A DNA stretch of 64,000 nt, from assembly GCA_902522955.1 (NCBI GenBank), contig CABYXR010000002.1, positions 16,205 to 80,204 of the forward strand. The letters are read 5' to 3'. Under the pieces are notes generated by a model. The model was not told where the DNA came from. It saw only the letters and a list, made by a program, of their open reading frames with translations, and did no database searches. The DNA comes from an uncultured Pelagibacteraceae bacterium (GTDB lineage Bacteria > Pseudomonadota > Alphaproteobacteria > Pelagibacterales > Pelagibacteraceae). The position numbers were made by a program, and so were the translations under genes. Below are positions 1-8,454 of the stretch, piece after piece (position 1 is the first letter of the stretch; the number at the start of each line of letters is the position of its first letter).

Positions 1-47
1 AACCGATTGTCACATATGGTAAAAAACAATCAACATCAGTAGCTTGA
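1..47 (+). CDS. clpX: 3' end of ATP-dependent Clp protease ATP-binding subunit ClpX (partial)
   Basis: Frame from nt 3 reads PIVTYGKKQSTSVA* (TGA 45-47), resembling ClpX C-termini; clpX-lon is conserved synteny. Only 14 codons visible. Confidence 0.55.
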   Translation, partial: PIVTYGKKQSTSVA

Positions 48-61
48 TTTAAATTTGTTTC

Positions 62-97
62 TTGAAATTACTATTATAATTAACATATAACTATAAT
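62..97 (+). promoter_or_regulatory. Putative lon promoter, probably leaderless
   Basis: (C)TTGAAA at 61-67 and TATAAC at 86-91; the ATG A (98) is 7 nt after the -10; no SD sequence. AT-rich context gives alternative -10s. Confidence 0.35.
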
Positions 98-2482
98 ATG
101 CAAGCTTCTTATTTAAAACCCCTTCTGCCGTTAAGAGACATAGTAATATTTCCGTCGATGGTTGTTCCATTATTTGTGGGAAGAGATAAATCTATTAAAG
201 CATTACAAGAAGTCATGAAATCTGATAAGTCTATTGTTTTAGTCACTCAAAAAAATTCAGAGATAGATGATCCCGAAGGCAAGGATCTTTTTGGGTATGG
301 ATGTTTAAGTAAAGTGCTTCAATTATTAAAACTGCCAGATGGCACAGTTAAAGTTTTAGTTGAAGGAGAAAAAAGAGTAAAAATTCTAAAATATACTGAA
401 CAAAAAGAGAAATTTATTAATTGCGAAGTTCAAATTGAAGAAGATAAAAATGTTTCAAAAGAACTTGATATTTTTGCTCAAGGTTTAATTAAAAAATATG
501 AAAAATTACTAATTCTTAATAAAAAAGAGTTTAATGATGGTACAAACAACTTAAGAAATTTGAAAAACGCCTCTCAAATAGCTAATAATATTTCATCAAA
601 TTTGAATATACAAATTTTAGAAAAGCAAGAATTACTGGAAATAACAGACTTAAAAAAAAGATTAGAAAAAATTTATTCGTTTATTGAAAAAGAGACAGGC
701 GTTCTCTCAGTAGAGAAAAAAATTAGAGGTAGAGTCAAAAATCAAATGGAGAAAACTCAAAGAGAATATTATTTAAATGAGCAATTAAAAGCTATACAGA
801 AAGAGTTAGGAGAAATTGATGAAGGAAAAGATGAGTTATCAAGCCTCACAAAAGCTATAGCAAATGCTAAAATGCCCAAGTTAGCAAAAGATAAATGTTT
901 GTCAGAATTAAAAAAATTAAAATCTATGAGCCCAATGTCTGCTGAAGCAACTGTCGTTAGAAATTATTTAGACTGGATGACTGAGTTACCTTGGTCTCAA
1001 AAATCAAAGATTAATACAGATTTAAATAACGCTCAGAAGATTTTAGATGAGGATCATTACGGACTTGAAAAAGTAAAGGATAGAATAATTGAGTTTTTAG
1101 CAGTTCAAAAAAGAATTCAAAAAATGAAAGGACCAATTTTGTGCTTAGTGGGTCCTCCTGGTGTAGGCAAAACATCTCTTGGAAAATCTATTGCCAAAGC
1201 AACTAACAGAAAATTTATCAGAATATCTCTTGGAGGTATAAGAGACGAGGCAGAAATAAGAGGTCACAGAAGAACTTATATTGGTTCTTTACCAGGCAAA
1301 ATAATTCAAATGATGAAAAAAGCTGGAACTAAAAATCCCCTTTTTTTATTGGATGAAATTGATAAAGTTGGAAATGATTATAGGGGAGATCCTTCTTCTG
1401 CTCTATTAGAAGCCTTAGACCCAGAGCAGAATAAAGATTTCAATGATCACTATCTTGAAGTTGATTATGATCTTTCTGACGTGATGTTTGTTACTACAGC
1501 TAATACGTTAAACATTTTACCTCCACTTCTCGACAGGATGGAAGTTATAAGGTTATCAGGTTACACCGAAGACGAAAAGGTTAATATATCTCAAAAGTTT
1601 TTAATACCAAAACAAAGTGAAAATAATGGATTAAAGAAAGAAGAATGGAGCATATCAGAAAAGGTAAATAGAAATATTATTAGAGACTATACAAGAGAGT
1701 CTGGTGTAAGAAACCTTGAGAGAGAAATATCTAAAGTTGCAAGAAAACTTGTCAAAAAAATAGACAACAAGGAAAAGGTAAACAATCCGATTACGATTGA
1801 TGACATGAAAGATTTGCTAGGAGTACAAAAATTTAATTACGGAGAAATTGAAGCCGAAGATAGAGTTGGAGTGGTAACAGGTTTAGCATGGACAGAGGTA
1901 GGTGGAGAAATACTTAAAATTGAGTCTGCAGTTATGCCAGGGAAAGGTAAAATGCAAATCACTGGAAAACTTGGGGATGTCATGCAAGAGTCAGTTAAAG
2001 CTGCAAAGTCTTATATAAGATCAAAAAGCTTAGATTACGGTATCATACCTCCTTTATTTGATAAAAAAGATTTTCATATTCATGTTCCTGAAGGTGCACA
2101 ACCAAAAGACGGTCCATCAGCAGGTATTGGAATGGTTACATCTATAGTATCGGCAATAACTGAAATACCTGTAGATAAGAATATCGCTATGACGGGTGAA
2201 ATTACTTTAAGGGGGATTATTTTACCTATTGGTGGTTTAAAAGAGAAACTTTTAGCTGCTCATAGAGCCGGAATAAAGAAAGTTTTAATTCCAATAGAAA
2301 ATAAAAAAGATTTAAGTGAGGTACCTAAAACAATTTTGGCTAAAATGGAGGTGGTTACGGTTAAAAACGTTGATGAGGTTTTAAAAATCGCTTTAACAAA
2401 ACCTCTGAAGAGAGTTGAATGGGTCGATGTTGATCAAATTTCAGATAAAAACAAGTCTAAAAAAGAACTAAGCAGACATTAA
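98..2482 (+). CDS. lon: ATP-dependent Lon protease
   Basis: LON N-domain (LPLRD..IFP), Walker A GPPGVGKTS, Walker B LLDEIDK, catalytic PKDGPSAG and GGLKEK. Confidence 0.98.
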   Translation: MQASYLKPLLPLRDIVIFPSMVVPLFVGRDKSIKALQEVMKSDKSIVLVTQKNSEIDDPEGKDLFGYGCLSKVLQLLKLPDGTVKVLVEGEKRVKILKYTEQKEKFINCEVQIEEDKNVSKELDIFAQGLIKKYEKLLILNKKEFNDGTNNLRNLKNASQIANNISSNLNIQILEKQELLEITDLKKRLEKIYSFIEKETGVLSVEKKIRGRVKNQMEKTQREYYLNEQLKAIQKELGEIDEGKDELSSLTKAIANAKMPKLAKDKCLSELKKLKSMSPMSAEATVVRNYLDWMTELPWSQKSKINTDLNNAQKILDEDHYGLEKVKDRIIEFLAVQKRIQKMKGPILCLVGPPGVGKTSLGKSIAKATNRKFIRISLGGIRDEAEIRGHRRTYIGSLPGKIIQMMKKAGTKNPLFLLDEIDKVGNDYRGDPSSALLEALDPEQNKDFNDHYLEVDYDLSDVMFVTTANTLNILPPLLDRMEVIRLSGYTEDEKVNISQKFLIPKQSENNGLKKEEWSISEKVNRNIIRDYTRESGVRNLEREISKVARKLVKKIDNKEKVNNPITIDDMKDLLGVQKFNYGEIEAEDRVGVVTGLAWTEVGGEILKIESAVMPGKGKMQITGKLGDVMQESVKAAKSYIRSKSLDYGIIPPLFDKKDFHIHVPEGAQPKDGPSAGIGMVTSIVSAITEIPVDKNIAMTGEITLRGIILPIGGLKEKLLAAHRAGIKKVLIPIENKKDLSEVPKTILAKMEVVTVKNVDEVLKIALTKPLKRVEWVDVDQISDKNKSKKELSRH

Positions 2483-2483
2483 A

Positions 2484-3374
2484 TTAGTCTAACCAATTTT
2501 TATATTTATCCAAATTAGATGAAATATAACGTGGTAAAAAATCATTATTTATTTTTTTTAATTTTACTTTTCCAGACCATTTATAACTTTTAGAGTCAAC
2601 ATTATGATCATAAACAACTCTTTTTTCAGAAACTATTTTTTTTAAATCATTGAATTTTAATCCACTTTCCTCAAATTCATAATGATGAGCAAAATTTAAA
2701 AGTTTTTTTTCAAGTTCTTCGGGAGTTTTAAGGCAAGTAAAATGCCACCCTCCATTATTAATAAATCTCAAATTAGAATATTTCTTTTTTGAAAAAAGTA
2801 CGTCAGGCCGCCAGCTAGGGTAATTTTTAGCTTTAATATTTCTCAACCATTGGGGAGATATTAAATTGTTTTTCTTAGTTGCCTTTGTTCCAAACCATTT
2901 AAACTTATCATAATATAAATTAAGTTTATAATAGAAAATTTTTTGTTCAAACACAAAGATTTGATCTTTAATATCTGAAAAATTAAAATTGTCTAAGTTA
3001 GGTATTTCATCTAAATCGCTTATTAATATTAAGTCATTATATTCTGCTTTTTTTATTCCTTCATTAAGTTTTTCCCTTTGGAAAAAGTCTCTAGCCATTC
3101 CGTTTAAAATAAGTTTTTCTCCTCTCTTATCTTCATGCTCGCCCTCTTCAAGTTCTAAAATGTTCGGTGGTTTTTCATCGACTACAATATAGTTTATTTT
3201 ATCTTTAAATTTTTGATAATTATTAATATTGAACTTTAATTTTTTTTTATCTCCATTATGGGTATAAGTTGCTTCTGATATCACAAATTTTTTTACGTAT
3301 TTGTCTAAGGTATTAAGTCTCAAATCTAAAAGTAGATCTTCATCACAATACATGAAGCAGTCGTAGATATTCAT
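2484..3374 (-). CDS. Glycosyltransferase family 17-like (beta-1,4-GlcNAc transferase/MGAT3-like) protein
   Basis: IYDCFMY..E..LL.LRL..L..YV..FVISEA..TH.G..K start, QRE, ISDLDEIP (DxD) and GGWHFT are GT17-type motifs. Start moved to MNIYDCF (ATG at 3374). Confidence 0.75.
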   Translation of the reverse strand: MNIYDCFMYCDEDLLLDLRLNTLDKYVKKFVISEATYTHNGDKKKLKFNINNYQKFKDKINYIVVDEKPPNILELEEGEHEDKRGEKLILNGMARDFFQREKLNEGIKKAEYNDLILISDLDEIPNLDNFNFSDIKDQIFVFEQKIFYYKLNLYYDKFKWFGTKATKKNNLISPQWLRNIKAKNYPSWRPDVLFSKKKYSNLRFINNGGWHFTCLKTPEELEKKLLNFAHHYEFEESGLKFNDLKKIVSEKRVVYDHNVDSKSYKWSGKVKLKKINNDFLPRYISSNLDKYKNWLD

Positions 3375-3426
3375 AATAATTGAGTTATAATAAAAATTAA
3401 TATAAGTAAATAAAATTGACATTTAA

Positions 3427-5982
3427 ATGAAAAAAAAAATCATTATTACGGGTGGACTTGGATATATTGGGACAGAACTTTGTAAAATTTATTCTGGCTT
3501 TAGCTGGCATCATAAGATAACTGTTATTGATAATAGGTTTGTCTCAGAGCGAGTAAATCAGTTGCGAAACTGGAATATAGAATTTATTCAAGGGGATATA
3601 CTAAATAAGGAACTTATTGAAAAATATTTTAGTGATGCTGATATAGTTCATCATTTAGCTGGTATTACTGATGTTCCACGAACACAAGGGGAGTCCTCTG
3701 CTAAAAAAGACGAAGAAATAAAACTTGTTGCTAAGGAAGGTACTCAAAATATATTAGATGTAATAAATGATAATTGTAAGATAATTTTTCCTTCAACTCA
3801 TGTAGTTTTCGAAGGTATTGAAAAAGTTAAAAATGATATAGGAGAAAATGAAAACACAAAACCTATATTATCCTATTCGACATCTAAAGCTTTAAATGAA
3901 AAACAACTTAAAGAATCAGGTAAAAATTATATTATTTTAAGATTGGGCTCAGTATATGGATACTCAACGGATACTGCTCGAATAGATATAATGCCAAATT
4001 TATTTTCAAAAGTAGCGTCACAAAATGGTACTTTAAAATTATTTTCAGGAGGCAAGCAAATAAAAAGCTTAGTACCACTTATAGATGTTGCTAGATGTTT
4101 TAAATTCATGGAAGAAAGAGAAGACTTAAGTTCTGATATATTCAATTTAACTAAAGATACTCTTACTGTTAAAGAAGTTGCAGAAATTTGTAAAAAATAT
4201 AACCCTAAAATTACTTTAAGAGAAACTAATGATGAAATCCCCAATTTAGGATTTTCTTTATCAAATAAAAAAATTAAAAAAGCAGGCTTCAATTTTTTAT
4301 ATAATCTCGATGAAAGTATTAAAGAGATGATTTTAAAATGGTCTAATCAAAATTTATCAAAAGAGCTAGAGCATGTTCGAGATGGGGAAGGCGTGTTTAT
4401 TGATAAAAGAGGTAAAATAAGTAATCATGAACTTACTGAACCTATAAACCTAATTGGACTAATTGAATCTAAAAAAGGCACTATAAGAGCAAATCATTAT
4501 CATCCACAACAAGAGCAAAAGTGCTTATTTACAAAAGGGCAAATAATAGAAGTCTTTCAAGATATTATAAATTCCAACTCTCCTAAAATGACTCAAGTTG
4601 TTAACGAAGGGCAACTATCTGTTATTAAACCAAATGTAGCACACACTATGGTTTTTACAAAAGATACTACGTTTTTAAACTTAGTAAGAGGCGAGAGAGA
4701 CCATGAAAATTATGGTATTACTCACACAATTAAGCATGAATTTGTAAGTGAAAAAGAAAAAAAATTATTATTAGAATGTTATAAATTTGAATGTAGGTCA
4801 TGTGGTAATACTAATTTAAAAAGAGTTGTTTCGTTAGGATATCAACCATTAGCAAATAATTTATTAAAAAAAAAAGAGGAAAAGTGTGAACTATATCCTT
4901 TAGAAGTAAACTATTGCGATAAATGCCACAATTGTCAACTTTCTGTGTCTGTAGATCCTAAAAAAATGTTTTCAAATTATTTATATACCTCATCTACCTC
5001 AAAAGTATTTCGAGAACATTTCGTTAAAGCTGCAAAAAAATATATTAAAGAAATAAAGTTAAATAAGAAAAGATCTTATATTATTGATATTGGAAGTAAT
5101 GATGGTGTTGCACTAAGACCTTTTAAGGAGCTCGGTTTTAAAAATTTACTCGGAATAGAGCCAGCTAAAAATTTGGCGAAATTAGCTAATAAAAATAAGA
5201 TAAAAACTTTTAATGGTTTTTTAGAGGAAAAAAATCTTAAAAAGATTAAAAAAAATGCAGATTTAATTTTAGCATCAAATGTATTTGCACACTCTGACAA
5301 ATTAAAAGAAATGACAAAATGCATGTTAAAATTATTGAGTAAAAAAGGTGTTATAATTATTGAGGTACAGTATTTAATGAATACTTTAAAAGATTTAACT
5401 TTTGATAATATTTACCATGAACATTACAATTATTGGTCATTAACTTCATTGACTTATTTCTTCAAACAATTTGAAGCAACAATTTATAATGCTGAAAAAG
5501 TTGATACGCATGGTGGTTCAATTAGAGTCTATATTAAAAGAACGAACAAAGTGAAAGTTGAAAATAGTGTGAAAAAAATGCTTGATGAAGAAACAAAGTT
5601 TGGAATAAAAAAATTTAAAACATATCAAGAATTTGGAGATAAGGTTTATAAAATTAGGGAAAATGTAAGAAAAAATATTAAAAAATTAAAAGATAAAAAT
5701 GATTTAATTATAGGTTATGGAGCTCCAGCTAAGGCTACTACTGCTCTAAATTTTTTTGGTATTTCCAATGAAATTGATTTTATTGTAGAGGATAACAAGT
5801 TAAAACACAATAAATTTATTCCAGGCGTTAAAATCCCTATTAAAAATAAATCTCATATTAAAGATAAAAAAAACACTTTAGTAGTTTTAGCTTGGAACTT
5901 TTTTAAAGATATAAAAAACAATAACGCTAATTTGTCAGATAAATTTATAAATATTAAGGATTTAGAGATTAATAAAAAGTAA
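3427..5982 (+). CDS. Fusion: NAD-dependent epimerase/dehydratase (extended SDR) + cupin + SAM-dependent NDP-sugar C-methyltransferase
   Basis: TGGLGYIG and YSTSK (SDR); RANHYHPQQEQ...AHTM (cupin); CRSC/CDKC zinc knuckle, DIGSNDG, NVFAH, FDNIYHEH, THGGSIR, GYGAPAK, LAWNF (C-methyltransferase). Confidence 0.85.
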   Translation: MKKKIIITGGLGYIGTELCKIYSGFSWHHKITVIDNRFVSERVNQLRNWNIEFIQGDILNKELIEKYFSDADIVHHLAGITDVPRTQGESSAKKDEEIKLVAKEGTQNILDVINDNCKIIFPSTHVVFEGIEKVKNDIGENENTKPILSYSTSKALNEKQLKESGKNYIILRLGSVYGYSTDTARIDIMPNLFSKVASQNGTLKLFSGGKQIKSLVPLIDVARCFKFMEEREDLSSDIFNLTKDTLTVKEVAEICKKYNPKITLRETNDEIPNLGFSLSNKKIKKAGFNFLYNLDESIKEMILKWSNQNLSKELEHVRDGEGVFIDKRGKISNHELTEPINLIGLIESKKGTIRANHYHPQQEQKCLFTKGQIIEVFQDIINSNSPKMTQVVNEGQLSVIKPNVAHTMVFTKDTTFLNLVRGERDHENYGITHTIKHEFVSEKEKKLLLECYKFECRSCGNTNLKRVVSLGYQPLANNLLKKKEEKCELYPLEVNYCDKCHNCQLSVSVDPKKMFSNYLYTSSTSKVFREHFVKAAKKYIKEIKLNKKRSYIIDIGSNDGVALRPFKELGFKNLLGIEPAKNLAKLANKNKIKTFNGFLEEKNLKKIKKNADLILASNVFAHSDKLKEMTKCMLKLLSKKGVIIIEVQYLMNTLKDLTFDNIYHEHYNYWSLTSLTYFFKQFEATIYNAEKVDTHGGSIRVYIKRTNKVKVENSVKKMLDEETKFGIKKFKTYQEFGDKVYKIRENVRKNIKKLKDKNDLIIGYGAPAKATTALNFFGISNEIDFIVEDNKLKHNKFIPGVKIPIKNKSHIKDKKNTLVVLAWNFFKDIKNNNANLSDKFINIKDLEINKK

Positions 5983-6514
5983 TTAGACTTTTCCAAATTT
6001 CAAATAAATTTCTTATATTTTCAAAATAATAACTTAAATAAAACTCAGCGCTAGGTAATAATGTTATTACAAAAGGTTGTATAAAATACAAAGTTCTTGA
6101 AAAAAATATTATGAGTACTAAAAATACTAGCAGTGAACTGTAAAAGCCAAAAGTAACTTTTTCTTTTACAACACTTTTTTTTATATTTTCTGGGCTTGAG
6201 TCTTTTATTTTGATACCATGTTTTTTAGCAAGATATTCTGGAGAGTATAAATTTATTTCTCTTTTCCTTTTTGGAACTTTTCTTTTAGGACTTTTAGGTT
6301 TTTCTGGTTTTATTGGTTTTTTTGGGCCTACAGGTTTAGTGATATTTTTTTTAGCAACAGGTTTTGAGATTACCTCCTTTTTTTCAGCAATCTCTATAGG
6401 GAATTGTTTCCATTTATTTCCGCAGGCGCTACATTGTACTAATCTGCCAGCTTCGGTAATAGCGTTATCTGGCACTACAAATTTTTTGCCGCAAGAATTA
6501 CAGCTTAGAATCAT
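5969..6514 (-). CDS. MJ0042-family zinc-ribbon membrane protein (ZitP-like)
   Basis: MILSCNSC..F.V....I...GR.VQCSACGNKW zinc finger, Lys/Pro-rich linker, C-terminal hydrophobic segment. Confidence 0.8.
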   Translation of the reverse strand: MILSCNSCGKKFVVPDNAITEAGRLVQCSACGNKWKQFPIEIAEKKEVISKPVAKKNITKPVGPKKPIKPEKPKSPKRKVPKRKREINLYSPEYLAKKHGIKIKDSSPENIKKSVVKEKVTFGFYSSLLVFLVLIIFFSRTLYFIQPFVITLLPSAEFYLSYYFENIRNLFEIWKSLITFY

Positions 6515-6603
6515 AATAATTCAATATTACTGCTATTTATCAAAACTTAAATACTTTTTTACTTTATAAATAATTTACTGTATATCTCGTTTTTGTTTAA
6601 ATA

Positions 6604-6679
6604 GGGCGGTTAGCTCAGTTGGTAGAGCATCTCGTTTACACCGAGAGGGTCATAGGTTCGAGTCCTTTACCGCCCACCA
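6604..6679 (+). tRNA. tRNA-Val(TAC)
   Basis: Cloverleaf: acceptor GGGCGGT/ACCGCCC, anticodon arm TCTCG-TTTACAC-CGAGA, TTCGA loop, encoded CCA. Confidence 0.97.
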
Positions 6680-6689
6680 TTGATTCTGT

Positions 6690-6767
6690 GGGGGTGTAGC
6701 TCAGTTTGGTTAGAGCGCCTGCCTGTCACGCAGGAGGTCGCCGGTTCGAGCCCGGTCACTCCCGCCA
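6690..6767 (+). tRNA. tRNA-Asp(GTC)
   Basis: Acceptor GGGGGTG/CACTCCC, anticodon arm CCTGC-CTGTCAC-GCAGG, GGTTCGAGCCC T arm, discriminator G + CCA. Confidence 0.97.
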
Positions 6768-6772
6768 CTAAT

Positions 6773-6787
6773 TGATAATCATTTTCA
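6773..6787. promoter_or_regulatory. Putative Fur box upstream of the nuo operon
   Basis: TGATAATCATTTTCA matches the 7-1-7 TGATAAT-N-ATTATCA motif at 13 of 14 defined positions. Confidence 0.5.
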
Positions 6788-6942
6788 TGTAGGCTATTTA
6801 CTAATGAGTTGTTGACTTTATAATCAACTGAACTGCTACCATCTTACTCTGTACACCCAGGTTTTAAATGTTATAAATCTAGTAACGTTAATATAAGAGT
6901 CCCTAAACTTTAAAGTATTAGGGTAGATATTGATAAAAAAAA

Positions 6943-7311
6943 ATGATTTATAACTTCTTATCCGATTACTTATCTATAATAATTTTTTTATTTATAGCTT
7001 TATTTTTAAGCATAGGTTTTATAGTAATTAACTATCTATCCTCTCCATCAAATCCAGACCCAGAAAAATTATCAGCCTATGAATGTGGCTTTGACGCTTT
7101 TGATGACTCGAGAATGGAATTTGACGTAAGATTTTATCTAGTAGCCATCTTGTTCATTATTTTTGATTTAGAAATAGCATTTTTGTTTCCCTGGGCTATT
7201 TCTCTAGGATCTATTGGTCATCTAGGTTTTTGGTCAATGATGATTTTTTTAGGTGTTTTAACAATCGGTTTTATTTATGAATGGAAAAAAGGAGCATTAG
7301 AATGGGAATAA
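6943..7311 (+). CDS. nuoA: NADH-quinone oxidoreductase subunit A
   Basis: [35 protein letters not shown]. Confidence 0.97.
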   Translation: MIYNFLSDYLSIIIFLFIALFLSIGFIVINYLSSPSNPDPEKLSAYECGFDAFDDSRMEFDVRFYLVAILFIIFDLEIAFLFPWAISLGSIGHLGFWSMMIFLGVLTIGFIYEWKKGALEWE

Positions 7312-7838
7312 AATTAGGATCATTTTCAGATAAGCAGAAAGAGATACCAGAAGAATTTAAAGACTTAGCTAAAAATTTTGCGGAAAAGGGTTTCATTACA
7401 ACTTCTTCTGAAAACTTAATCAACTGGGCTAGAACAGGATCGCTTCATTGGATGACTTTTGGGTTGGCGTGTTGTGCTGTTGAAATGATGCAAACATCTA
7501 TGCCAAGATATGACTTAGAAAGATTTGGAGCAGCTCCTAGAGCTTCACCTAGACAATCAGACGTAATGATAGTCGCTGGAACATTAACAAATAAAATGGC
7601 TCCAGCTTTAAGAAAGGTTTATGACCAAATGCCTGAACCACGATACGTTGTGTCGATGGGGAGCTGTGCGAATGGAGGTGGGTACTATCATTATTCTTAT
7701 TCTGTAGTAAGAGGTTGTGATAAAATTGTACCGGTAGATATCTATATTCCAGGTTGCCCACCATCTGCTGAAGCACTTTTGTATGGAATTTTACAACTAC
7801 AAAAAAAAATAAGAAGAGAAGGAACTTTACAAAGGTAA
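7302..7838 (+). CDS. nuoB: NADH-quinone oxidoreductase subunit B
   Basis: [25 protein letters not shown]; start placed at ATG 7302 overlapping nuoA end. Confidence 0.96.
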   Translation: MGIKLGSFSDKQKEIPEEFKDLAKNFAEKGFITTSSENLINWARTGSLHWMTFGLACCAVEMMQTSMPRYDLERFGAAPRASPRQSDVMIVAGTLTNKMAPALRKVYDQMPEPRYVVSMGSCANGGGYYHYSYSVVRGCDKIVPVDIYIPGCPPSAEALLYGILQLQKKIRREGTLQR

Positions 7839-7839
7839 G

Positions 7840-8454
7840 ATGTTAGAAATTTTAAAAAAAATCGAAAGATTGGTTAATTCTGAATTAACAACTAAAATTC
7901 AAAAATCGACAATTGAAAATGAAGAATTATTGATTCAGATTGAAGAAAAAGATTTAATTGAAGTGGTCCAGTTTATAAAACTAAATGAAAATTGTAAATT
8001 TAGACAATTAATTGATATAGCAGGAGTTGACTATCCAGAAGATGAGAAACGATTTCATTTAGTTTATTTATTTCTTTCACACGAAAAAAACATTCGCTTA
8101 AAACTTTTAATCAAATTTCAAATTGAGCAATCTATTGTCTCACTTACAAAAATTTTTCCTTCAGCCAATTGGATGGAAAGAGAAGTTTTTGATATGTATG
8201 GTATAAAATTTAAAAACCATCCTGACTTAAGAAGAATTTTAACAGACTATGGTTTTAAAGGCCATCCTTTAAGGAAAGATTTCCCTTTAACAGGTTTTAA
8301 TGAAGTACGATATAGCGAAAAGGAGAAAAAAGTAATTTACGAACCAGTAAAATTAGAACAAAATTATAGAAATTTTGATTTTGAAAGTCCTTGGGAAGGA
8401 ACTAGTTATATAAAAGAAGTTAAAAGATCGGAAAAAAATGCCAAAAAAAACTAA
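7840..8454 (+). CDS. nuoC: NADH-quinone oxidoreductase subunit C
   Basis: [37 protein letters not shown]. Confidence 0.97.
   Translation: MLEILKKIERLVNSELTTKIQKSTIENEELLIQIEEKDLIEVVQFIKLNENCKFRQLIDIAGVDYPEDEKRFHLVYLFLSHEKNIRLKLLIKFQIEQSIVSLTKIFPSANWMEREVFDMYGIKFKNHPDLRRILTDYGFKGHPLRKDFPLTGFNEVRYSEKEKKVIYEPVKLEQNYRNFDFESPWEGTSYIKEVKRSEKNAKKN

Noticed and set aside
6547-6561. CtrA box (TTAA-N7-TTAA) upstream of the ZitP-like gene
   Set aside because: Only an imperfect match (TTAA-N7-TTTA), expected by chance in such AT-rich DNA.
2484-6767. tRNA-associated integrative element or prophage
   Set aside because: Accessory genes lie 5' of the tRNAs; no integrase, phage genes or duplicated tRNA 3' end (att) seen.
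6812-6827. FNR/FixK box upstream of nuoA
   Set aside because: TTGAC and ATCAA half-sites are separated by 6 nt rather than the required 4.
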